From NCBI RefSeq assembly GCF_006345805.1, contig NC_043000.1:72664001-72728000 (forward strand): DNA of 64,000 bases, given 5' to 3'. Under the pieces are notes generated by a model. It did no database searches, was not told where the DNA came from, and was given only the letters and a program-made list of their open reading frames with translations. The DNA comes from Octopus sinensis (taxonomy: Eukaryota). Of this stretch, positions 22,200 to 35,031 are shown piece by piece; within the stretch, counting starts at the first letter, position 1, and each line of letters begins with the position of its first letter. Both the position numbers and the translations under genes were made by a program.

Positions 22200-24290
22200 C
22201 ACTTTGGTTGAGAACATTTGCTTTGAAATATGAGAAGTTTTCCCTTTCGGGACAAACGTTATGTGAAAAACGTATTTTTTCTCACGCGGGGTTTCTATCA
22301 CACAGTCAACACTGCACACTGTTCATTCATCACGCCAAAAAAATAATCATTTTGTTTTGTCGACCTATTTTTCATGATTATGACAGTCTGAACTTACCAG
22401 TTCCACAGCAACTAACAGCGCAGATAACAATGCTGCACTCGTCACAAACATAATTCCTACAGTTCAGCAAGTTCATATTACTAATTCCCAAATTGGTGCA
22501 TATGATTGTGGTCTTTTTGTCTAGCGTGCTCATTTGAACTGGTCATTAGAATCTCCCCAGAGAAGTTTTTATTTGATCAGTCAAAAATGCAAGCATGTTT
22601 AAGATTTTGTCTCGAAAGCAATAAATGTGTTGCTTTCCTGGAAGTAAAGGTTTTCAAATGCCAACAAAAACAACAGAAGTCACTCACTTTCTATCACCCA
22701 CCCAGGAATGAGTTACTTTTAGAAACGACTAAAAGTTATAATTTCTCACATGAAAATTCAGAACAATTTTTATCACCCAATATGTTCTATGTTTTAAGTG
22801 AGGACTTCGAGCAAAACCCAAAAGATTGTCAGGAGTCTAATGAAAGTAAGACTCTGAAAAATACTTGCCCAAGAAAATCCTTCACACTAGAGAATAAGTC
22901 GGTCATAAATTTATCTAAACTAAAACTTTCACCAGACGATATCTCTGTCTTAGAGCTTGGATTGAGTATCTGCCCAAGTACTAAGAATTTCGACAAGAAT
23001 AAACTAGCTCAAGGGCTATTTCAGTTTGTCCGCTATCACAAACAGAAGGATTCTTTTAAATGATAACGAGGAGTCAGAAAACTCTATGCTTACTGAAAAT
23101 AAAATGATGATGATCGAATCTGATATAAATGGATCGAAAAGAATCCCAGTTGGTATCCAGATAAAGGTAGGGATGGACGTTCACAAACACAACTGAAATT
23201 TCTTGAATCTTGTGAGACAGGCATTAGAGAAAGCCTTAAAACAAGTGGAAAGAAGTCCTGGCATAATCTCACAAATTCCCAGCGTTACACACTCCATCGT
23301 CTAGCTAATAATAATTCTATTGTTATTAAAACGGTATATAAGGGAGGCGCTATTGTAATTATAGAGTAGTGAGTATATTTCAGCTTGTGAAGAAGTTGTA
23401 AGTGACAAAACTTCAAATGAAGAATTACCTGTTGACCCAAACCCAAATTACAGAGAGGAACTTGACAAAATAATTCTGGAATTGAGGAAAACAATTTCAT
23501 TAATAAGGCTGCAAAGAAAAGAACACCTGATTATATGGTTTCCCCAAAATATACAAAAAGTTCGGAAGATTTTCTCCAGTGTACCCAATTTTCGGTGGAT
23601 ATGAATGTTGTACAACCAAAATTTCGGAGTGGCTGGATAGTTTTTCTGTGGCAAAAAGATCAAGTTCCAATAATCAGAATACTTTTGATTTTGTGTCTAA
23701 AATCAACAACATTTTTAAGCACCGAAGTATTGTCGAAAACTGTTTTTTGGTAACCATCTATGTTTCTTCCTTATATCCCGATATCGACCGCGATGAAGGA
23801 GTAGAAGTATGCACGAATGCCTTCGAAAAACGGTCAGACAAAAGTATTCCATCTAATTTTCTCTGTAGGTTATTGAGGTTTGTGTTACGAAGTTACAATG
23901 AAGTTTGGACAAAAATTTTACCACCAGACGAGGGATTGAACTATGGGTATCCCCATAGCAGTTAATTTTGTTAATATCTTCATGACGAAATTCGAAACAC
24001 TGTTACTGAAGACATTCAACTCCCTACAAGGTTATGAACTAATATACTGGCTACGGTTCATTGATGACGTCCTTTTTGTCTGGGAAGGATCACAAAATAG
24101 TTATGCTAAAAGCTACGGCTTTAAAATTTACGTCTAGTTTTTCAAAAACTAGTGTTGAATTTTTGGGCACAAAAGTTAAGTTTTCTGATGGCAGAATAGT
24201 GACAGAGTTATTTTACAAGCCCACGTCATCCCACATTTACCTCTAACACCGCTCCAATCATCCACGTCATATAATTCGGTCAAATCCGAA
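22200..24290 (+). mobile_element. Degraded Penelope-like element with N-terminal Ulp1/C48-like peptidase and RT
   Basis: NHFVL / YDSL / QIGAYDCGLF; VINLSKLKL..VLELGLSICP (PLE N-terminal motif); DVSSLYP-like, MG.PIA..F.NIFM, RFIDD, VEFLGT, LFYKPT (PLE RT). Confidence 0.8.
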
Positions 24291-24576
24291 ATCCCAAGTA
24301 GACCACTAGACCAATGTGTATCTGGGTATTCCCCTTCGTCTGTATCGGACATCTGTCTGCTAGACATGGCAGCCGTTTGTCCTAGCTCGCAATATATTGG
24401 ACACAGTCTGTGATGTTAAGAAGCTGGAGTGGTTGTTCTCCTGGAGTTAAAAAATGGTAGTAACGTAGTTCCGTACAGAACAGCCATGTTGAAGTGGCAA
24501 CACATTACGCTTCAGTATTGTTACTGCTTATATCTCTTGTCGATATTTTATAACTAGCCACTTTGCTTTCATATAT

Positions 24577-25365
24577 ACAAGGGTTGGACAAAATAATGGA
24601 AACACCTTGCATCATAGCATCATAATTTTGAAATATCTATAAAACCATCAAAAGCTTGTTTATTTTTATGCTTTTTTATTTATTATTAGTGTTGCTTAAT
24701 ATGTTTTGTTAAAATTGTTGTTTAATTTCAGATATCATCAGAAAAAGGTAATTGAAATTCATTGAAATGACAGATCTATCGGACTTTCAAAGAGATCAAA
24801 TTGATGGTGCTCGTATGGCAGGCGCTAGCGTAACGAAAACAGCTGAAATATTTGGTGTATCAAGAAGTACTGTCTCGAAAGTAAAGACGGAATAACATCC
24901 TCGTCGAAACAAAACTCCGGAAGAAAACCGAAACTTTCAGATAGGGACGGTCAGATTTTTATGCGAATTGTTAGAAAGGATCACAAAAGTACAGCTCCCA
25001 AAATTACTGCAGAGCTTTATGACCACCTCAGGAACCCAGTTTCCACAAAAACTATTTGCCAGGAGCTGCACAAAGCTGGATTTCACGGGTGGGCTGCCAT
25101 CAGAAAACCACTACTTTCAAAAACAAACGTTGCAAAGCGTTTAGAGTGGAGTAAAAACCTACAAAATTGGTCCCTATAGCAGTGGAAAAATGTTATTTTC
25201 TTGGATGAGTCATCCTTTACCTTATTTCCGACCACCGACCGAGTGTACGTGTGGAGACAGCCAAAAGAAGCATTTGACCCAGACTGCCCTCTTCCAACAG
25301 TTAAAAAAGGAGGAGGATCTGGGTGGGGGGCTATATCTTGGAAATCCGTCTGCCCAATGGTTTCA
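24577..25365 (+). mobile_element. Tc1-like transposon, 5' half, degraded
   Basis: TA followed by caagggttggacaaaataatggaaacacc TIR-like end; MTDLSDFQR..GVSRSTVSKV HTH; RKPLLS; VIFLDESSF; GGGS..WG. Confidence 0.85.
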
Positions 25366-25369
25366 TTCG

Positions 25370-25508
25370 CAAATGTTTAATATAATGGCACCTGGAATGA
25401 AAGAAGAATAATTACATTGCAAATTCTACACCGCTAAAAACATATTAAGACGCTTAGATCAGAAATTTTGAAAATTAAAGGTGTCTATTTATTTCCTGCA
25501 TATCTGTG

Positions 25509-25509
<1 letters not shown>
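25370..25509. mobile_element. Terminal repeat of a second Tc1 family
   Basis: About 100 bp reverse-complement match to the left end of the Tc1 at 33411-33500. Confidence 0.65.
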
Positions 25510-25540
<31 letters not shown>

Positions 25541-25614
25541 TGTATGTATGTATGTATGTATGTATGTATATGTGTATGTATGTATGTATGTATGTATGTA
25601 TGGGTGTTTATGTC

Positions 25615-25792
25615 TATGTTTGTCCCACAACCACCATTGCTTGATAACCGATGTTGGTGCGTTTGCGTCCCTGTAATGTAGCTGTTTACCAGGCTTATAG
25701 ATAAAAAGTCCAGGGATCAATTTCTTCGACTAAGGAGTGGTGCTCCAGCATGGCCACCATCAAATGACTGAAACAAGTAAAAAATAAAAGAA
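25615..25792 (+). mobile_element. SINE 3' half
   Basis: Matches 28545-28735 and 57490-57690 (ggtgctccagcatggcc...aatgactgaaacaagtaaaa). Confidence 0.75.
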
Positions 25793-25969
25793 TACCAGAA
25801 AAACGTTCCGCACCACTAAACTAAGAAGGTTCTTTGAATATGTACCATGTATTTTAAGGTTAAATAGTAATTCCGTTTACGTTTGTGTAACTGAAATATT
25901 TTGGTTGGAATATATAGTCATTGGTGTTACATTACTTTCTATATTATGTAACCATCAAAATATACTTTT

Positions 25970-26105
25970 CTAAGCCTGAAATTTTTGTGAAGAGGGGGCC
26001 AGTTGATTAGATTGACCCAAGTACACAACTGGCACTAAATTTATCGACCCTGAAAGGACAAAAAGTCAACCTCAGCAGAATTTGAACTAAGAACGTAAAG
26101 ACATA
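25970..26105 (-). mobile_element. SINE fragment
   Basis: Reverse complement of the 21667-21860 family (atcgaccctgaaagg, gaatttgaact). Confidence 0.65.
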
Positions 26106-26165
26106 ATATGCGAACATTTCTCATGGCACCAGTACACTGTTTATAGATGCTTACATTTTTTGTTT

Positions 26166-26193
26166 CCCGTGAATTTTTCACGGGTCCAGCTAG
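26166..26193 (+). mobile_element. Helitron 3' terminus
   Basis: 8-bp hairpin cccgtgaa-ttt-ttcacggg, 5-nt spacer, then CTAG followed by T. Confidence 0.6.
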
Positions 26194-26220
26194 TTATTGT
26201 TATTATTATTATTATTATTG

Positions 26221-26700
26221 AGTGAGAGAGCAGTGCATGCCATCAAAGTGAAACTGGGGTAAAATTACGAAGCCCAGTATACCCATCATGACTACCCGTC
26301 TGATAAGGGTACACCAAGCACATGCATCACAACCATATGTGCGCGACATGGTGATCTTATATCAAGATAAACAGCACATGACCTTGCAGGTGGGGCCCAG
26401 TTAGAATTTTCTTCTGGTCGAGTAACCCATCCCGCTCAAAAGATCCCTGAATAAGGGTTGTTTAAGGATGTTGAAAGAACCACCCATGTTTCCAGAGGTG
26501 AATTATTCAAACACCAAAGAATCCCTCTCAACATATGGCTATGATGCTCCCCCACTACTTCTGCTCGTGATCAGAGATGCACATATCGTCTGCCACTAAG
26601 AGACATGCTCAACTAGTTATGGTCAAACAACTGACAAGCAAATCTGTGGTATTGAGCAGAATATTTGCTGTAGCCCATCTTTTATACCAAGACAAAACAA
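26221..26700. mobile_element. Unclassified insertion between (ATT)n tracts
   Basis: Higher-complexity block bounded on both sides by ATT repeats; no recognisable ORF. Confidence 0.4.
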
Positions 26701-26727
26701 TTTTATTATTATTATTATTATTATTAC

Positions 26728-27778
26728 TCAGTAGTTTTATTTTTATAGCGTGCTTTCACTTCACTACCGAGCGCAGCTCTGTGTGCCTTGGGTATGTGCT
26801 GTGATTTGTTGTGATGCTCTGATGGTTATTGTATGGAAAGTGTTCTGCGTAGGATGTGTGCAGTGCCTAGTAGTGCAATTTTCTGTATGTTATATGTGTT
26901 TGTAAGTCCTGGTGTTTTTGTTATGTATTTGTCTGAATATTTTTTTATCATGCCTAATGCACCTACTATGATAGGAATTGTTTCTGTTTTTAGATTCCAC
27001 ATTCTGGTTACCTCTATTTCCAGGTCTTTGTATTTGAGAGTTTCTCCATTTCTTTTAGAGACACGTTGTCATCAGCCGGTATTGATACATCAATTAGAAA
27101 GCATTTTTTTTTCTTCATGATCTTTGACAACTATATCTGGTCTGTTGGCCTTAATTTCTCTATCTGTGTGTATCGGCATATACCAGAGTATGATTGCTTT
27201 CTCGTTTTCTGTGACCTTTTCTGGTGTGTGCCTATACCATCTTTTTTCTGTTGTTATTCCATAATGTTGGCATAGCTTCCAATGTATGTAGGTTCCAACT
27301 CTGTCATGTCTGTGAATATATTCCTTCTTAGCCAGGACTGGGCAGCTAGAGATAATATGATTTATTGTTTCTTGTCCATCTCCACATATTCTGCAGTTAC
27401 TTGTTATATTTCTTTTCATTACATGTTTTTGGTATTTCTGGTGGGGAGGCTTTGGTCTTGTGCTGCAATTAAAAATCCCTCTGTTTCTGCTTTGAGTCCT
27501 GAGCTTCTCAACCATTGCTGGGATTTTTCTTTGTCTATTTCTTTTGCGTTTAGTTTAGTGCAGTATTTACCATGAAGGGGCTTTTCTTGCCATCGTTTTA
27601 TCATGGCTCGTTGCTGTTCTATTTTTAGTTTGGATTTCATTTGTTTTATAGCTTTTGTTGTTTCTTCATCATCTTCTTCTTCTTCTTTGTGTTTATTAGG
27701 TGGTATGATTTCTTGTTTGTATTTGTCAGCTTCCTTAAATACTGAGAACAGTTTTTTGTTTTGCTCGTGTTTTGCTGC

Positions 27779-27780
<2 letters not shown>
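26728..27780 (-). mobile_element. 5'-truncated Dong/R4-like element (finger, RLE, 3' UTR)
   Basis: KPLHGKY, ETEGFLIAAQDQSL, CRICGDGQETINHIISSC, RHDRV, RPDIVV; both ends in TAA repeats. Confidence 0.88.
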
Positions 27781-27827
<47 letters not shown>

Positions 27828-28030
27828 CGCTGATTTCAAAATTGATAAAAGTGAAAACTACAAATAATATGGGTAGTTTATTAGCAATTTAACACCCTAA
27901 AGGCAAATTTATAGAGTCAATAACGTGACAGAGTGTGCTAAGTGGTACCAATATTGCTAGAAATAATAGTCAAATCAACTTATTCCTAGCAATACTGGTA
28001 GCACTTTGAACCCTCTGTAACATTACACAG

Positions 28031-28068
<38 letters not shown>

Positions 28069-28321
28069 GTCTATATATATACATAGAGAGAGAAAGAGAG
28101 AGGGGGAGAGAGAAAGAAAATAGTGAATCTATTACAAAGGGTAATACAGATTTATATCCTGTTTTATTCAGCATTTTTATTTCAGCGAGACTTCTATTTA
28201 ATTTAGATTCTATCTGAAAATGCTGTTGAACTCACCCTGGAGAAGTGCACATAAAGATGAAAATTTTGCAACGTGCATTAGTTAATTGAGGCAAAAACAT
28301 GTGTAAGTGCAGAAAGAAAAG

Positions 28322-28480
28322 GTAGGCGCAGGAGTGGCTGTGTGGTAAGTAGCTTGCTAACCAACCACATGGTTCCGGGTTCAGTCCCACTGCGTGGCAT
28401 CTTGGGCAAGTGTCTTCTGCTATAGCTCCGGGCCGACCAATGTGGATTTGGTAGACGGAAACTGAAAGAAGCCTGTCGTA

Positions 28481-28515
<35 letters not shown>

Positions 28516-28740
28516 GTGTGTGTGTATATGTTTGTGTGTCTGTGTTTGTCCCCCTAACATTGCTTGACAACCGATGCTGGTGTGTTTACGTCCCCGTCAC
28601 TTAGCGGTTCGGCAAAAGAGACCGATAGAATAAGTACTGGGCTTACAAAGAATAAGTCCCGGGGTCAATTTGCTCGACTAAAGGCGGTGCTCCAGCATGG
28701 CCGCAGTCAAATGACTGAAACAAGTAAAAGAGTGAAGAGA
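28322..28740 (+). mobile_element. tRNA-derived SINE with internal TA/TG microsatellite
   Basis: A box tggctgtgtgg, B box ggttcagtccc; 3' half shared with 25615 and 57490. Confidence 0.85.
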
Positions 28741-28801
28741 GAATCAGATAGATAGATAGATAGATAGATAGATACATAATAAATAATATTATAATATATA
28801 T

Positions 28802-28920
<119 letters not shown>

Positions 28921-29103
28921 GAATATACATATGGGTACAGGACGTCACCAAACGGGCAAATAACAATGGAAAACAGGACAAGTAGACACAGAGAAAGAAT
29001 CTTCATCAGTTGTCGTCTGTCTATGTTTTTTTTAGAAACATTCGGAGAAGCACACTCTAAGATGTAGAGCTATATTTATTTATTACTGTTGAAGGCCGGT
29101 TTA

Positions 29104-29163
29104 TAGGGCTACCCTGGGTTTCTCGCCATAAAGGATACCTTTATAGCCTATCTTCAGACTCTA
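29104..29163 (-). ncRNA. Type I hammerhead ribozyme motif downstream of a PLE ORF
   Basis: Minus strand: tagagt CTGAAGA tag-gctataaagg-tat-cctttatggc-ga GAAA ccc-a-ggg TA gcccta. Confidence 0.65.
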
Positions 29164-29419
29164 AGACCTGTTGGTCTATGACTCCTTTAAAATATGGAGT
29201 GGGAGATGATATGGATGTAAACAAGGGGATTATCTCCTTTGCTGCTGGCTATCGGCTTCCGGCTGTGTCGTCATCCTTCAGCTCTGAGAGTAAACAATAT
29301 AGGTTCTCTCTCTCTCACACTCTCTCTCTTTCTTTTTTTTTTCGTTCTTTCTCTCTCCCATAAAAAAATCAACTTCCGGCTGTGGTGTTATTTTTGCTAT
29401 TATCGATATTTTGCGGTTC

Positions 29420-29719
29420 CTAAAACGCCAGTAGAAATCTCCTAAAATGCAAGTACGGCCCGAAAATCTCCGTTCTGGAGTTCAGTATGATCTCTGGTAC
29501 GGGCGAGTTTTTCAGGATTTCCGTGTGTTCGGCTTTGCATGGCTTTCGGTGTTTCATTCCATTGAAGTAGGAACCCGGACGCTCGAGGATTTTCCGTGAG
29601 GTCGAGTGAGGAATTCCATCTTCCTTTAGTTGCCAGACATGGCTAACCAGCAATGTTAAGAATCTCCTTTTCGGGACCCTGAAGGAGGATCCATGGTTGG
29701 AAACACGTTTGAGCACCAA
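29420..29719 (-). pseudogene. PLE GIY-YIG C-terminal fragment
   Basis: SHVWQLK..KILER..CKPCKAE..I..ILNSRTEIFG..H motif series. Confidence 0.75.
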
Positions 29720-29940
29720 CAGAGCAGCAATTTCTTAAAGGAATTTCTCGTGCAACCGATATATTTCTTTGGGCGCGTAATGTCGGTGTTGTTGCTGTTG
29801 CTACTGCTGCTGCTGTTGGGTCAACAAGTGCTATAAGAGCGACAAATATCAAGGAATGATGTTTGTAGAGGCCACAGCCCATGGAGAACTAGCCCGTAGA
29901 TTTAGGAGAGCTCCGAAAGAGGCCAAACTCAACATTAAGA

Positions 29941-30360
29941 TTGTTGAAAAGCCAGGGAACTCCATCAGATCACAACTGTGTAGGACGTACCCCTTTCAGA
30001 ATACTACCTGATAACTGCATGATATGTGGGATTAAACCTGGCATTAACTATAGAACTAGAAATGTAGTCTACCGTATAAGGTGCATAGAAGGTGCTTGTA
30101 AAGACAAGAACATGATATACATAGGTGGGACATCTAGGAGCATTGCAGAAAGACTAAATACACATTTGAGACAATACGACGACAAAAAACAGCCCCCCAT
30201 ACTCTACCAACATGCCAAAGACAACATGGAAGCATTCTAGGTCAACTTGACATCCGCATTTTATCCTAGCACCCGAAGGACCCAACACTCAGACAAATAC
30301 AGGAGTATGTCCTCATGAATGAAACATCTCCAGTACTAATTAGGAAATATACGTAGTAGG
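29941..30360 (+). pseudogene. PLE GIY-YIG endonuclease fragment
   Basis: CMIC..NVVYRIRC..C..YIGGTSRSIAERLNTH..LYQH. Confidence 0.85.
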
Positions 30361-30569
30361 TAGCCATACTCCTATACCCACAGTTTATATATATAGAGAG
30401 AGAGAATATATATATATATAAATAGTTAGAGGTCTGTTATGTAGATGTATGTATGTGTGTGTATATATATGTATATACGTGTATGTATGTATGTATGTAT
30501 GTATGTATGTATGTATGTATGTATGTATGTATGTATGTATGTATGTATGTATGTATGTATGTATATATA

Positions 30570-30601
<32 letters not shown>

Positions 30602-30717
30602 CTATATATATATTATATATATATATATATATAAACTTAGATAAACTTAGATATGTTTCGACCAAAGGTTGGTCCAGGCCATGTCTAACTTAATAGTACC
30701 ACCTGATATATATATAT

Positions 30718-30771
<54 letters not shown>

Positions 30772-30810
30772 TATATACACATACATATACATATTTACAT
30801 ATTTATATAT

Positions 30811-30877
<67 letters not shown>

Positions 30878-31457
30878 TATACATGTAGGTAAATGGATAT
30901 GAATGTAAACAGATAGACTTACAGGTAGACAGGTACATAGGTAATACGAACAGAAAAGCACACATACACACATACATACCCAAATGAAGACTGAAACACA
31001 TGACCTTATACACACGCACACTTAACACAAGGACACATATGGAGAAACACATCCATATGTAACAGACGCACGTACATAGTCACAAAAACCCATACACAGA
31101 CACACTCAGACATGCACACACAAGGAGACAGAGATACAGACACACACACACACACAAACACATAAAGATACAAGCACGAACACACAAACACATGAATATG
31201 CAGTCTTTCAATTTCATGTTTTGCATGAACAAACAATATTTACAAGTTAGAAATATACGTAAAGCTAGAATATCCCGATGCTATATATTTATATATATAT
31301 ATATATTTACCTGAATATTTACCTGAATATTTATAGAAAGTAGTATCATGTTTCCAATACTGGGGTTACATTTAGAATAAAAAAAGAAAATTCTCCGCTT
31401 TTCTTTCAAACATTCAATTTTGGAGAGAATTTTTCGTCTCTGCTGTTATAGCAGAAC

Positions 31458-32429
31458 TGTAGTGACCCTATAACGGTGCACGCGCGCGCACCGTCCATTT
31501 TCTATTTCGCGCGTGCGAGTGTTGGTGCCTTCACGAAGGCACAGAAAGGAAGGGCCCTCTCGCGCATGCGCGAACCACCGGAAGCACGACCCTTTTGCAT
31601 ATCGTGGTAGTTAGCCAAGGCAAGGGGGTCGTAGAACGTTTGACCGCTAGCAGCAGCAGCGGGGACTTGGGACAGCAGCGATTGAAGGAGACGGTCACGC
31701 ATATTTTCTCTCCGTTCGAACTTGCTTCTAGCAGTCCTTACCAAAAGGCCTTTAACCTGGATTGTTGCAGACATCATCTTCTTCCTTCGGACGCCATTTT
31801 GACCCGTTCTGTTTTGGCGGCTGAACATTGTAAATATTACAATCGATTAACTTTCAGCCTTGCGCGCCCAGAACCAAGGACATCAGATAACCACTTATTG
31901 TTATTGTTACCAAGAAAGAGAATAAAGTAGTATATATATATTTTACGTCTGCGTCTTGTTGTTTCTGACTGGTAGAATTCTGGATTATTAAAGCAACGGC
32001 TAGTGATTGCTTTCTTGTACCCCGAAAGTACAAGAGAAGATATTCACTCACACGAAGTTCGTTACACTGGTGACCTCCCGACGTAATTCTGGTCTAAAAC
32101 CAGAGATCACTTATCAACAAAGAAATCCAGTTTTTCTGCGAAGTCGGAACACGATTTAACTCTACGCATTCATCTTTCGACGATTTGTTTCCGTCCTCTC
32201 GGACCGTTATAGAAGGAGACCTTTTCTTATTCTTCAACATGATGACGGACGCCATCACATCATCGATGCCTTTTCTCCACCTTCGTCATCGCCATCGTCG
32301 TCTTTCTACTTCACGTCGTCGCTATCTTCGTCGCCATCATCCCTTTATTATTAAAGCAACGGCTAGTGATTGCTTTCTTGTACCCCGAAAGTACAAGAGA
32401 AGATATTCACTCACACGAAGTTCGTTACA
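31458..32429 (+). mobile_element. Internally deleted LTR retrotransposon: 5' LTR 31458-32066, PBS, short internal part, 83-bp 3' LTR remnant
   Basis: TGT...ACA ends; 4-bp TSD GAAC (31454-57 / 32430-33); exact repeat 31984-32066 = 32347-32429; PBS tggtgacctcccgacgt at 32068. Confidence 0.85.
31560..31584. promoter_or_regulatory. NRF1-like palindrome and ETS-like motif in the LTR U3
   Basis: tcgcgcatgcgcga palindrome followed by ccggaag; motif match only. Confidence 0.35.
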
Positions 32430-33410
32430 GAACTTTCATTCCATCTCACCTTCCCTATTTCCACTGGTTGCCTAGTGTCTCTCTGGTATTTATATAGGAT
32501 GCTTGCATGTTTGAGATTCGTATTTCGTCTCTGCTCGAAGACGCGTTCGGTATGATCGAACGCTTCGCATTTATTATTTGCTGTCACCGACTATCCAACG
32601 TAGAAACATGTAAACAGAGGAAATACAAAAATACCAAATTTATGTCTCGTAATAAATGTACCCGTTATATTACGTAATAGCCCTATACATGTCGCATAGA
32701 ACCCTATTAGATTACGCATCAGAGATAGTTTAACGGTATTTCTGTCGGTTCCAGAATACTCATTTCCTCTTTAATATTTGAGAGTCAGTGTGTGAGTTTC
32801 TGTGTGTCAATATCAATACTCTTTGTTGTCCGTTATAGACGAACTGAGTACATTGAACAGTTGGTCGTCGATGCAAATATCCTCTCTCCATTCCATTGAT
32901 GTTGTGTGAGGAAAAGGCAAGGTCAATACGGTTTGGCACCAGCGTCGTTCAGGCCGTGCCATCAGGACGATAAGAGCTGAATTAATACCGCAAGACATCT
33001 CGCAAGACATCAACCTGCGAGGTGTACAACAGCATCCAGACAAATTTTGTCTGAGATATGAGATGAACCCACACAAAACACCAAAAAAATGAGCAGTTGT
33101 GTCCACCTCACTTCTTCACCAGAAATATTTTCGGAGAGAGAGCTGGAAAGTAATTGAGAAATAAAAAAATCAATCACAATAAAGGTGGAGCTCGGAGGGG
33201 CAGAGCCTCTGGATAAAACAAGTAAAATCTTAAATGATACATACATGCATACGTACGTGTGTGTGTGAGAGAGAGAGAGAGAGAAAGAGAGAGAAAGAAG
33301 GAGAGAGAGAGAGAGAGATTAGCGTCGCAACGGTACTAGTACCGAAAAGCAATCTGTGTATCTTACTTAGATATACTAATAGTGAGTCATAATACTGCGG
33401 TATTCGTCTT

Positions 33411-33770
33411 GAGACATGCAGGAAGTAAATAAATACCTTTAATTTTCAAAATTTCTGATCTAAGCGTTTGATATGCTTTCAGCAGTGTAGAATTTACAGT
33501 GTGATTATGCTTTTTTCATTCCAGGTGCTATTATATTAAACATTTGCGAAGGTAACCATGCCACGCACAAAACGTTCAGCTCAACTGTCAGATTTTCAAA
33601 GAGGTTGTACTGTTGGGCAATCTGGGGCTGGTCTTAGCCAGTAAAAAATTGCCGAAAATCTTCAAATTCCTCTTGCTACTGTTAATAGAATTATAGTGCA
33701 ATTAAAAAGCCAAGGAAAAGAATCAAGAGATTCTCATCCCGGCCGACCTGGACCCTCGGAAAGAAAGATT
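33411..33770 (+). mobile_element. Tc1-like transposon 5' fragment
   Basis: ATG near 33558: [37 protein letters not shown] (paired-like HTH plus GRP motif). Confidence 0.8.
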
Positions 33771-33977
33771 TCCTTTGGCCTGCTGGACCCCCAAGGGAGT
33801 TCTAAGAATTTTAGCTTTTGTCTATTCTAGTGTCACTGAGTGTGTGTTGGTGGGTAGGCAGGCCATAAATTACACCTTTTATGATTTTGAGGATGGTCAA
33901 ATGCCATTTGGGGGTCTAAGAACTCTTCTACTTTGTATGATTGTTTTGTGGAGGTGTGTGTGTCTCTGTGTGTCCGT

Positions 33978-34025
<48 letters not shown>

Positions 34026-34688
34026 GTGTGTCTCTGTGTGTTTGGAGTAGGGGAGAGAGACAAATAGAGAAAAGGGAAAATAAAAATAAAAATAAGGGAG
34101 GAAGATGAGAGGAAAAAAAATATATATGTGTGTGTGTATATATGGGTATATGTGTATGTGTATATATATATGTGCGTGTGTGTGCGTGTATGTATGTATA
34201 TGTATATGTGTATATATATATGTATATATATATATGTGTGTGTATGTGTATTTGTATGTATGTGTGTGTGTGTTTGTATGTATATACATGTGCGTATGTA
34301 TGTATATTCGCATGTGTATGTATGTGTGTTTGTATGTATATTTATTTTATATGTTTTTTCATGTATATTTATCTACTTCTTCCCTCCACTTAACAATAAC
34401 AAACTGAATACCTCCTCTTGACCACCAAAAAGCAACTGTCTTCTAATTTACCTAAAACCCCATCCCATATATCTGATTCTATTCAATTATTCTATTTATT
34501 CATTTATTTACTTTCTCACTGATTCTTCTCATTTCAAAAAACTCACTGGCCTTTTGACCACTCCCCTAAGAACAATAGCCTGTGCCCTATTTATCTCCTA
34601 AATACCAACTTACCCAAAAAAACGTCCCCCACCACCACCCCATTAAATCTGCCTAAATGTATAAATACCAGACCTTATTTTGACAGCC

Positions 34689-34739
34689 AGCTTCCTGAAG
34701 ATTTCATCTGAATGAAACAGTTCTAGTCCTGTAGAAGCT
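34689..34739 (+). ncRNA. Type I hammerhead ribozyme with intact core
   Basis: Stem I agcttc/gaagct; CTGAAGA; stem II t-ttc-atct-gaa-t; GAAA; stem III acag/ctgt with 8-nt loop; GUA cleavage triplet (after 34733). Confidence 0.8.
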
Positions 34740-34933
34740 CCTTCTATAAAATAAATATATATATATATTATATATATATATTATATATATATATAAATAT
34801 ATATATACACATACATACATACATATATGTATATATTATATATATATATTATATATATAATATATATATATATACACACATACATACATACATAATATAT
34901 ATATATATATATTATATACACATACATACATAC

Positions 34934-35031
<98 letters not shown>

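Noticed and set aside
28995-29015. CTGATGA on the minus strand
   Set aside because: No stem II or GAAA follows
30647-30690. Nested hairpin ttagatatg..accaa/ttggt..catgtctaa
   Set aside because: No recognisable ribozyme core or family context
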